In this document: positions 1 through 8,059 of the stretch, piece by piece | Numbering within the stretch: the stretch's first letter is position 1 | How the letters are laid out: every line of letters begins with the position of its first letter | Origin: Octopus sinensis | Lineage: Eukaryota | Assembly (NCBI RefSeq): GCF_006345805.1 | Contig: NW_021828397.1 | Location: forward strand, 1-8,603 | Direction of reading: 5' to 3' | DNA: 8,603 nucleotides | Notes under the pieces: model-generated | The model's input: only the letters and a program-made list of their open reading frames with translations | Told to the model about the DNA's origin: nothing | Database searches by the model: none | Program-made: the position numbers and the translations under genes

Positions 1-1
<1 letters not shown>

Positions 2-43
<42 letters not shown>

Positions 44-225
44 CATACGTACATACATATGTCTGTATGACTGTATACTTCTGTATATGTATATGAACAG
101 TTATTCATACATACAAAAACGAATATATATGCATAGTTAGACATACACGTGCGCGTACACACACAGACGCGCACACACCCACATACACACACACATACTC
201 AACCACTGGCACACACACACACACT
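2..225. repeat. (TA)n then imperfect (TA/CA)n microsatellite
   Basis: Pure TA run at 2-39; degenerate TA/CA units to about 225. Confidence 0.9.
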
Positions 226-300
226 CTATACTACTCAAATAATCCCTCACACAATCCCCTCGCCGCGCTGCCTCCCACGGTGTTGTTCAATGCCCTACAG

Positions 301-420
301 AACACAGCAGGTGATAAACATGAAGAAATCCGTAAGAATCTCAAGAAGAGGAAACTAAGACAGGAATTCCACTTCCTTCCAGAAACATCGCTGAGAGATG
401 ATGAACAAGGAGTTAAATGA
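301..420 (+). CDS. Possible terminal coding exon of an unknown gene (NTAGDKHEEIRKNLKKRKLRQEFHFLPETSLRDDEQGVK*)
   Basis: Non-repetitive open frame ending at TGA 418-420. Possible acceptors at CCCTACAG (300) or CAGCAG (305-310), and AATAAA at 493-498. No recognisable homology; could be chance. Confidence 0.2.
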   Translation, partial: NTAGDKHEEIRKNLKKRKLRQEFHFLPETSLRDDEQGVK

Positions 421-540
421 TTCGTGTGTTCTTATTGCTGCTAATACATTACCGACTGAGACCATCTGACAAACGTGGACTCTACACACAGGAATAAACA
501 CATTGCTTGTGGTTTTTACCATTTTGATAAGCATCTCCGT

Positions 541-950
541 GGTCGTGCTAGTGGTTGTGGTGATGGTAGGGATTGTGACGATGATGGTGGTGTTGTTGTT
601 GCTGTTATTGTCTCCTTCATCTTTCTTCCTTCTCTTCTTCTTCTTCTTTCCCTCCATCTTCTTCTATTTCTCCTTCTTCCTCTTCTCTGTTTTCTTCTCC
701 TCCCCCTCCTTCTTCTTTTCCTCCTCCCCTTCATCTTCATCTTCATATTCCTCTTTCCCCTCCTCCACCTCCACCTCCTCCTCTTCCTCCTTCTTTTCTT
801 CTTCTCCTTCTTCTCCTCCTCCTTCTCCTTCTTTTCCTCAGCCTCCTCCTCCTCCTCCTCCTCCTCTTCATCTTCATCCATCTATTTTCTTTTTCTTCTT
901 CTTCTTCTTCTTCTTCTTCTTCTTCTTCTTCTTCTTCTCTCTTCTTCTTC
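541..950. repeat. Compound trinucleotide tract: GGT/GTT, then CT-only CTT/CCT, ending in pure (TTC)n
   Basis: Direct reading: (CCT)n 842-866, (TTC)n 893-937, and near-pure pyrimidine from about 611 to 950. Confidence 0.95.
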
Positions 951-1224
951 GAATCAGGACTCACGCCATTAGCCACAAAGAATAAGCTCTAATTCGATCC
1001 TACTCTAAGCTACTAAAATTGTGCGTGGCAACTTGAAGATCCATCCACCACACTCGATAGACTGGTGGTTACACGGGCGCGAACCTACGTTGTTATCCTC
1101 ATTCCGTGGCTTTTAACTGGTGGAGAGTTGAACCATCCTGGGGTACAGAGGATTCACAATCTAGACTAGGGTCTGAAAGTTTACGACACCATAGTGGGTT
1201 ACACCATGGTTCCTCTGCTTTGTG

Positions 1225-1412
1225 GCAGAAGTAGGAAGAAAGAGTGAAAGAAAGTTGTGGTGAAAGAGTACAGCGGGGTTCACCACCACCCACCCCGCCG
1301 GAGCCTCGTGGTGCTTGGGTGTTTTTGCTCAATAAACACTCACAAAGCCCGGTTTCGGAATCGAAACCGCGTTCATACGACCGTGAGACCGCTGCCCTAA
1401 TCACTGTCGGCG
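1225..1412 (-). mobile_element. tRNA-derived SINE (family 1, tRNA-Arg-like head), 5' end eroded
   Basis: The minus strand reads CAGTGATTAGGGCAGCGGTCTCACGGTCGTATGAACGCGGTTTCGATTCCGAAACCGGG: a partial A box, a tRNA-like spacer and a B-box-like GGTTTCGATTCC. The body ...GTACTCTTTCACCACAACTTTC... follows and resembles an octopus repeat recalled from memory. The 3' boundary is uncertain. Confidence 0.7.
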
Positions 1413-1489
1413 TACCAGTCACATACATGCACAATATTATAAAGTGTACATGCAATTTTGAGTAGTGGTTTCTGTTTTTGTGGGGGTTT

Positions 1490-1660
1490 CTTTTTGTGTG
1501 CATGCGAGGGCTTTCTTTGTGTTAGTGTATATAGTTATGTATTTGTATGCACGCGCGTGTATATATGCATGTCTATGTGTGTAAATTTATTTTTGTAAAC
1601 ATACATGTGCACACGCGCAAGTATGTATGTGATTGTATATGAATATTTCTAAGTATATGC
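1490..1660. repeat. Degenerate (TG/TA)n low-complexity tract
   Basis: Alternating purine-pyrimidine units such as GTATATATGCATGTCTATGTGTGT. Confidence 0.7.
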
Positions 1661-2327
1661 ATAATAGATGTAATGGCGGATGCGCACATGTTCATCGTTG
1701 ATGAAAAAGGCTGTCCCTGTATTGAGAAAACACTGCTGGCATTAAATAATGGACGAGGCATTTAAAGCAGCAAGAAGAGGAATTGAAAATCGTGTCAGCT
1801 GCATGGCGTTTTATAGGGTTCGCAGTTATTAACAAACTATTCGTGGAAACGGAGAATTAGATTTACGAATATAAAAGCTCGTTGGGAATCCCCATTCTTA
1901 ATGTGTGGTGAGAATACGCAGGAAATGTAAACACATATTTATGGAAATAGCAGTAGAGCAGATTCTGTTTTAAGGGTAGGGTCGATCTGTTGGATAGAGA
2001 GAAAAGTATATGAATTAAAATGAAAGCCAAAAAATACACAATTTTATATAATTTAGATTTATATAGATTTATATAGAACTGTCAAAGATTTTCCTTCAAT
2101 CAACTGCAAGAAACCTCACAAAGGGAAGATATTTCTTGTTAAACTTTAATTACTCACCTAGTGAGTGCTATTTGTCTTGAAAATTTTGTAATAACTAACA
2201 ATCAGCCGAAAGCTACGTTCGGTTCGTATCAAATAACCAGCTGTCGATTTTTGGGCCCAATGGTTTTTGGGCAAGCTTCGAGGTATTGCGATAGTAAGGG
2301 TAAGTCTGCGATCTACCGAGTCGTGCG

Positions 2328-2381
2328 TTCCTTACTGATGAGGTTACACAATTAGTCGAAACTGTCGATCAGTATAGGGAA
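2328..2381 (+). ncRNA. Type I hammerhead ribozyme motif (predicted self-cleavage after A2374)
   Basis: Read directly: stem I 5' strand TTCCTTA (2328-2334); core CTGATGA (2335-2341); stem II GGTTA/TAGTC (2342-2346/2353-2357; G-C, G.U, U.G, U-A, A-U; loop CACAAT); GAAA (2358-2361); stem III CTG/CAG (2362-2364/2370-2372; loop TCGAT); U16.1-H17 = TA (2373-2374, GUA triplet); stem I 3' strand TAGGGAA (2375-2381; 6 Watson-Crick pairs + 1 G.U). The order and the G10.1-C11.1 pair match the established hammerhead consensus. Confidence 0.85.
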
Positions 2382-3183
2382 TTCTCGACCGATATTTTCA
2401 GGTGATTATAATCCCTGTGTGTACACATATATGTAATTATGTGCTTTAACTACAACTCTAATTAGCTCTAATTACTAGTTATGTTGGTGTTCTAATACCC
2501 TAGTAATATTTAATGACGATTATAGATTTCCTTTTTAAAGAATGTTGCAAAGCTGCCGTTATCCGGCGGATGTGAAGTAGTTAAATAAATGTATTTACCT
2601 CTCACTCCTCCTGGTATTTACCGTTTCTATATTCCTTATGAAATATTTTCATCCATAGGATCTTCTGGATTACAGCTACATGGACCCTACTTTTCACTTC
2701 TCTGTTTTGGATCAGTATGTGGAGTCTTTGTCCGAGTCCGTAAGATGGGCATTTTCTGATAGCCACACGACACTCTGAAATTGTGAATTATAATAAAAAT
2801 TTATATATGTATGTATGCATCACCACGCGGCAAATATAAACCATTTGGACATTATAGATAAGCTGAGCAGGTTTTATATTTGCAACAAGTTATGTGACAA
2901 ACGTAGTTTTAGCTATGAAACGTATGTAGTTTTTACTAGCCCGTTCCATTCTTGAATTTCTCTAAGCATTTTAGCAAATTTTGTTGCTAAAACCATAGTT
3001 CTATGGTGATTGCCAGTTTATCGAAATTTCTTTTGATTACTATAGGCGTCGAAATGTGTAACTTACAATGATGAATAAACACTTTTTATCGTATATTGTC
3101 CAACTCCCATGATTAATACTAGCTGTAGACATGCTTTAGTCTTACAAACTTTCTACACCTGGATGTTTGGAACGTTTATTAAC

Positions 3184-3510
3184 TTGATTCAGTCATTTGA
3201 CTTCGGCCATGCTGGAACACTTCTTTTAGTCAAACAAATCAAACCCAGGACATATTCTTTGTAGGCCTAGTACTTATTCTATTGGTTACTTTTGCCGAAC
3301 CGTTAAGTTACGGCGACGTAAACATACAAATATTGGCTGTCAAGCGATGGTGGGGGGGATCAAGAACACACACACACACACATATATATACGCGGGCTCA
3401 TTTCAGTTTCCGTCTACTAAATCCACTCACAAACTTTTTTCGGCCCGATGCCATATTAGAAAACACATCCCAAAGGTGAAATTCAGTGGAACTGAAACCG
3501 GAACATTGCA
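3184..3510 (-). mobile_element. tRNA-derived SINE (family 2), near full-length body with internal CA/TA microsatellite, head truncated
   Basis: 3391-3500 aligns by eye with 5630-5745 (TTTCAGTTTCCGTCTACTAAATCCACTCACAA vs TTTCAGTTTCCGCCTGCCAAATCCATTCACAA). B-box remnant GGTTTCAGTTCC on the minus strand (3488-3499). The 3184-3360 segment matches the recalled 3' half of the octopus family. Confidence 0.75.
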
Positions 3511-3515
3511 GCGTG

Positions 3516-3547
3516 TATATATATATATATATATATAATGTTACCTC

Positions 3548-3628
<81 letters not shown>

Positions 3629-3752
3629 ATATATATATAATATAGATATTATGCATTAATAATTTGTGGGAATACCTTACAATAATTAGAATATATTAAT
3701 AATAATAATAAAATTATAATAATAATAAAATAATAATAATAATAATAATAAT
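3516..3752. repeat. Microsatellite cluster (TA)n, (CT)n, (TA)n, (AAT)n
   Basis: (TA)n 3516-3537, (CT)n 3548-3621, (TA)n 3624-3639, (AAT)n about 3698-3752. Confidence 0.95.
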
Positions 3753-4267
3753 ATCAAAATCATCGATGATAATAACAACAACATCAGTAGCGACAATAAA
3801 GATACGTCAACAATAAATGGACCCAGAACACCCTGACACTGTGTGAATTATCAGCGTATCACAGTTGTGACACAACAACTGACCACAAATGATCAATAAG
3901 CATTCCGTTTTATCTACTTAAATATGCAGCTTTTCGGGCAAGTTACAAGATCATGCAACGTAAACCCCCCTGTGGCTGCTGCCGAATAGTAATCTTTGCA
4001 CTGCCAGTAGCCTCCACCAAACGCAGTCACTATTATCTCTGCATCACCTGATAATTCACGCTGGTACTTCAGAGGTAAACATCAGAAATGCTAAAAACAA
4101 GATAATAGGTATTAACATTTTAGCCGTACCAGTTGTAAGTTACAGCTACAAAATCTATAACTGGACACTAAATGAACTAACCAAAATAGACGGGAAAACA
4201 AGGAAAATAATGACAGGATATACGATGCTAGTAACACCACGCTAGCTGACGCCGATGTCGCTGCGGC

Positions 4268-4323
4268 TGGTGGTGGTGGTGGTGATGATGTTGGTGATGA
4301 TAATGATGATGATGATGATGATG
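4268..4323. repeat. (GGT)n/(GAT)n microsatellite
   Basis: Direct reading. Confidence 0.9.
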
Positions 4324-4369
4324 CATGTGATAGTCATTATATTATAAGAGCAATACCTGGAATTTCCTT

Positions 4370-4568
4370 TTGGAGAGTGTGTGGGGAGAGCGTTAGTCGT
4401 TACATCTATACCACACACCAGCTGGTAATTATTTAATCGAACTCGAAAAGAAGTAAAGCAAAGCCATCCTCGACGGAATTTGAACTCAAAAACGGAAGCC
4501 AAACGAAATGCTACTGTTCAATTTTTGAGGCATGCGTACGGGCTCGAGATTCGATCAGCTCGCCGCTT
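4370..4568 (-). mobile_element. tRNA-derived SINE (family 3), old diverged copy A
   Basis: CTGGTAATTATTTAATCGA...CCTCGACGGAATTTGAACTCA...CAGCTCGCCGC aligns with copies at 4583-4764 and 4766-4978, and with the reverse complement of 8429-8603. The left boundary is approximate. Confidence 0.7.
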
Positions 4569-4582
4569 TTCTGATAAATATA

Positions 4583-4764
4583 TGTTTCTTTATTGCCCAC
4601 AAGGGGCTAAACATAGAGGGGACAAACAAAGACAGACAAAGGGATTAAGTCGATTACATCGACCCCAGTGCGTAACTGGTACTTTGTTTAACAACACCGA
4701 AAGGATGAAAGGCAAAGTCGACCTCGGCGGAATTTGAACTCAGAACGTAACAGCAGACGAAATA
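4583..4764 (-). mobile_element. tRNA-derived SINE (family 3), copy B, lacking the A-box end of the head
   Basis: Contains GGATTAAGTCGATTACATCGACCCCAGTGCG and AAAGGATGAAAGGCAAAGTCGACCTCGGCGGAATTTGAACTC, near-exact reverse complements of parts of 8505-8603. Homology stops at GACGAAATA (4764). Confidence 0.85.
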
Positions 4765-4765
4765 G

Positions 4766-4978
4766 TTATTTCTTTCCTACCCACAAGGGGCTAAACACAG
4801 AGAGGACAAACAAGCACAGACAAACGATTAAGTCGCAACTGGTACTTATTTAATCGACCCCAAAAGGATGAAAGGCAAAGTCGACCTCGGCGGAATTTGA
4901 ACTTAGCACGTAACGGCAGACAAAATTTCGGTGAGCATTTCGCCCGGCGTGCTCACGTTTCTGCCAACTCGCCGTCTT
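4766..4978 (-). mobile_element. tRNA-derived SINE (family 3), copy C, intact head, small internal deletion
   Basis: The minus strand begins AAGACGGCGAGTTGGCAGAAACGTGAGCACGCCGGGCGAAATGC (A-box-like TGGCAGAAACG) and has a B-box-like AAGTTCAAATTCC. The tail CCCACAAGGGGCTAAACA...GGACAAACAA is shared with copy B. The ATTACATCGACCCCAGTGCG segment is missing at about 4835. Confidence 0.85.
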
Positions 4979-5009
4979 CTTCTTTGATAAATATAAGAAT
5001 GATACGGTT

Positions 5010-5200
5010 TTGGTGATGGTGATGAAAATGTTGTTGTTGTGGTTGTTGTTGATGATGATGCTGTTGTTGTTGGAGGTGATGGTGGTGTTTGTGGTGTTGG
5101 TGGTAGTGCTGGTGGTGGTGCTGGTGCTGGTTCTGGTGGTAGTGGTGGTGGTGTTGATGAAGTTGACGACGATGATGAAGAAGATGATGCTGATGTAGCA
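5010..5200. repeat. Compound GGT/GTT/GAT trinucleotide tract
   Basis: Direct reading; the source of three spurious ORFs. Confidence 0.9.
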
Positions 5201-5491
5201 GAGGAGAAGGAAAAGGGAAAAAAGAAAAGATGATAGTATATGCAGGAGTACGTTTAGTGGAAATACTGTGAACATAAGCTAATTATTCAGTACGAGACCA
5301 TTAACTCATTATGTGATGAGAGATGTGTGCTTCACATTTCGACAATAACCCATTCTTGGACTGGACAGTATTTGCTTCATTAGCACTTTATTTAGATATA
5401 TTTTTCCCTAACTTTCAAATTCATATTTTCGCTCCCCTCTTCTCTTAGAGCATACCCTCCTTTCCTTAGACAGTCCAAATTTACACTTACT

Positions 5492-5627
5492 AAGGCGACG
5501 AGCTGGCAGAAACGTTAGCACGCCGGGCAAAATGCTTAGCGTTATTTAGTCTGTCTTTATGTTCTGAGTTCAAAATCGGCCGAGGTTGACTTTACCTTTC
5601 ATCCTTTCGGGATCAATAAATTAAGTA
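5492..5627 (+). mobile_element. tRNA-derived SINE (family 3), copy D, 3' truncated
   Basis: AAGGCGACGAGCTGGCAGAAACGTTAGCACGCCGGGC...GAGTTCAAAATCGGCCGAGG...CCTTTCATCCTTTCGGG is colinear with 8429-8565 and with the reverse complement of copy C. Confidence 0.85.
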
Positions 5628-5629
5628 AG

Positions 5630-5793
5630 CGGCGGGCTTCTTTCAGTTTCCGCCTGCCAAATCCATTCACAAGGCTTTAGTCGGTCCGAGGCTATAGTAG
5701 AAGACACTTACCCAAGGTACCATGCAGTGGGACTGAACCCGGAACTATGTGGTTGGTAAGCAAGCTACTTACCACTCAGAAACTCCTGTGCCT
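5630..5793 (-). mobile_element. tRNA-derived SINE (family 2), 5' half
   Basis: The minus strand reads AGGCACAGGAGTTTCTGAGTGGTAAG (A-box-like)...GGGTTCAGTCCC (B-box-like)...CCTTGGGTAAGTGTCTTCTACTATAGCCTCGG. Homologous to 3391-3500. Confidence 0.85.
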
Positions 5794-5895
5794 ACACACA
5801 CACACGCACACACATACACACACACACACCACACACAATATATATATATGTAGATATATATATATGTGTGTGTTGGTTTGTGTATATAGATTTTG

Positions 5896-5943
<48 letters not shown>

Positions 5944-5990
5944 CATTCATATACATATACACATACATAAGATATATCATACACACACAC

Positions 5991-6022
<32 letters not shown>

Positions 6023-6070
6023 ATATATATATATTATATATATATATATAGATACACATACATATATATT
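5794..6070. repeat. (CA)n/(TA)n compound microsatellite
   Basis: Direct reading; long pure TA run at about 5900-5939. Confidence 0.95.
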
Positions 6071-6289
6071 ATACGCATAATGGACGTAGTTGCATACGTA
6101 TCCGTTTGTGCATGAGTATATATCTATTTAAGAAGGAACACGTATACATTATTGGAACATAGTAAGATTGTAAAAGGTTGTACACCTTTAAACAAATGTG
6201 TATATTTAAACAGTCAGAGATATCCCGTTTGATGTGAATAAACAGACAACACCTCATTATTAACCAACTAACATCGATACAAAGAAAAC

Positions 6290-6570
6290 TACCGCCATCA
6301 TTCCAAACACCATCTCCACCAGCACCACTGCCAGCATTGCCTTCACCACCATCGCTACCACCACCTCTACTACCAACAACACCGACGTCGCCAACATCAC
6401 TAGTTCCCTTTTCTTCATCTGCAACAACAATAACGAGAATTACATTATCACTACGAACATATCCGATATCATCAACGCGGTCAGTGTCAGTACTGGTACC
6501 AGTTCCATAGCCACCAGAAAAACCGAATTTCACCACTTCCACTACTTTCTCCGGCACCAGTGACAACACT
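6290..6570. repeat. Degenerate ACC/AAC/ATC trinucleotide tract
   Basis: Period-3 units CACCAT/CACCAG/CAACAA/CATCAC throughout. Confidence 0.65.
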
Positions 6571-6994
6571 GACCCTAACCTTTAGCAGCTAACAAATATT
6601 TAAACCTTCCATCGCCACCAACGCCCACTGTATCTCTATCACAATTTAAACGAGAGTAACAAACAAAATAAGAATTATGTAACAAGCTTGTTGCCGGTGA
6701 ATTCACTAAGAAACTCAAATAAATGTCCCCCAAATCACCCACAAGATTTTTAAAATAACATAATTTAAAACATCATTGAATACAATAACAACCAGCGGTG
6801 CTTGTCAACCGGTAAGCGAAAGACGTGGGACACACAAATACATTAGTGTGTATGTGCTTTTGTGTGTGTGTGTGTGCAAACAGGAAAAGCGAAATGCCAA
6901 ACATAAATATCTCTACGTTCTTATTATTGATAACCGTCAGAAGGTGCAAATCTCAAAACACGAAACTTTAGGTCCTTAAACCCACCAGGGTTAT

Positions 6995-7133
6995 GCATGC
7001 ATGCTTGTATGTATGTATGTATGTAGTGTGTGTATGTATGTATGCATGTAGGTGTGTATGTGTGTATGTGTATAATATATGTGTGCGCTTTTGTATGTGT
7101 GTGTTTGTGTGTGCGTGTATTCTCTGTGTGTGT

Positions 7134-7174
<41 letters not shown>

Positions 7175-7225
7175 TGTGTGTATGTGTATGTGTGTGTGTG
7201 TGTGTGTTTCTGTTGTTTGTATGTG
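6995..7225. repeat. (TATG)n/(TG)n microsatellite
   Basis: Direct reading; near-pure TG at about 7130-7205. Confidence 0.95.
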
Positions 7226-7230
7226 AATAT

Positions 7231-7357
7231 ATGATGGCTTCCGAGTAGTTTCTGCCTAAAAATTGTCTGAATTAGGTATTTGTCTATTCGTGGATACCGT
7301 AGAAAACCGTAACCGGAAATACAACGCAATCGGATTGAACGAAAATCTACGTGGTCC
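7231..7357 (-). mobile_element. Highly degraded family 2 SINE fragment
   Basis: ATATGATGGCTTCCGAGTAGTTTCTGCCTA resembles GCGGGCTTCTTTCAGTTTCCGCCTG (5632), and ACGCAATCGGATTGAAC resembles ATGCAGTGGGACTGAAC (5722), at similar spacing. Patchy match by eye only. Confidence 0.4.
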
Positions 7358-8059
7358 CGATGGCAATACCTAGGTCCTTGAGCCCGTACACATCTTATAT
7401 CTAGAAAATACACCGGGATGGTCATAGTTGGAATCACCTTGATTATAATGACTTTCCCTCGGGACTCAAATTTTGAAAAAAAACAAAGGCAAAATCATAA
7501 GAGCAGCAAAACCAACATCCTTTGAAAGCACTTTCTCCTCACACGAAACCTATGTAGCCCCTGATACTGTGAACCCTAGTCACCGACGTGGACGTCGATT
7601 GAACTATTAAAATTAGCAGCTCAATTTCCTTTAAATCATGCGTCCCGACCCACACCATCGTTTTAGAACAACACACGTTTGTTTATGTGAACATGATTAT
7701 GCTTGATTTAGGAAAAGAACTTCATGGTCACCATTGGGACACATCTGACCTAACCCGGGCTTAACCTGGTGTTAAACAACAAAATCAACAGCAACTAATA
7801 CTAGAACAACAGCCAAACATTTCTTTTCCTTACCACCGCTATACTAATGAAAGTTCCCGCACTACCTTCTACCTGCGGCCGCCTCGATACTTTGTGAAGT
7901 TCCATTTCCCACTTACTATCTAAGCTTACGGATATTACGTCCATCACATATATATTTATTTTACAAAATCCCCCTCATGAATACGAAATTTTTCCCTTTT
8001 TATTTTTTTATCGTTGTTGTTTTGCTAACCGTTCCCAAAGTTTATTTTTCGCTTTAAAC

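Noticed and set aside
355-985. Six overlapping ORFs of 77-165 aa (poly-L, poly-S/F, poly-E/R/K)
   Set aside because: They are translations of CTT/CCT/GGT repeats, which are open in most frames; no domain content.
1350-1369. 8-bp hairpin CGGTTTCG/CGAAACCG
   Set aside because: It lies within the SINE B-box/T-arm region and is not an independent terminator or tRNA gene.
1099-1503. 134 aa (-) and 73 aa (+) ORFs
   Set aside because: They overlap a SINE; no recognisable protein motif.
1690-1740. TTGATGA...GAAAA hammerhead-like fragment
   Set aside because: Lacks C3 and has no supporting stems.
2151-2160. Consensus splice donor AG|GTGAGTA on the minus strand
   Set aside because: No matching acceptor or coding frame was found; an isolated 9-mer is insufficient.
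1067-2349. GGTTACAC occurs three times (1067, 1197, 2342)
   Set aside because: Only 8 nt, and the flanks share no further homology.
2161-2355. 64 aa ORF running into the hammerhead
   Set aside because: GTG start and no resemblance to the GIY-YIG or RT C-terminus expected of Penelope-like elements.
2750-2800. CTGATAG...GAAA hammerhead-like spacing
   Set aside because: The core is not CTGANGA, and stems I and II do not pair.
3920-4090. About 55-codon open stretch on the minus strand (...ELSGDAEIIVTAFGGGYWQCKDYY...)
   Set aside because: No start codon, only weak splice signals and no recognisable homology.
4850-6115. ORFs rich in T/N, V/M, G/D or YI/HT repeats
   Set aside because: Microsatellite translations.
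6069-6569. 166 aa Gly/Asp/Val-rich minus-strand ORF
   Set aside because: Explained by a degenerate GGT/GAT/GTT trinucleotide tract plus an AT-rich flank.
6991-7437. 148 aa (-) and 72-77 aa (+) ORFs
   Set aside because: Dominated by (TG)n and a decayed SINE.
7740-7800. GTTAAACAACAAAATCAACAGCAAC, resembling a retroposon tail
   Set aside because: No head or body could be identified upstream.
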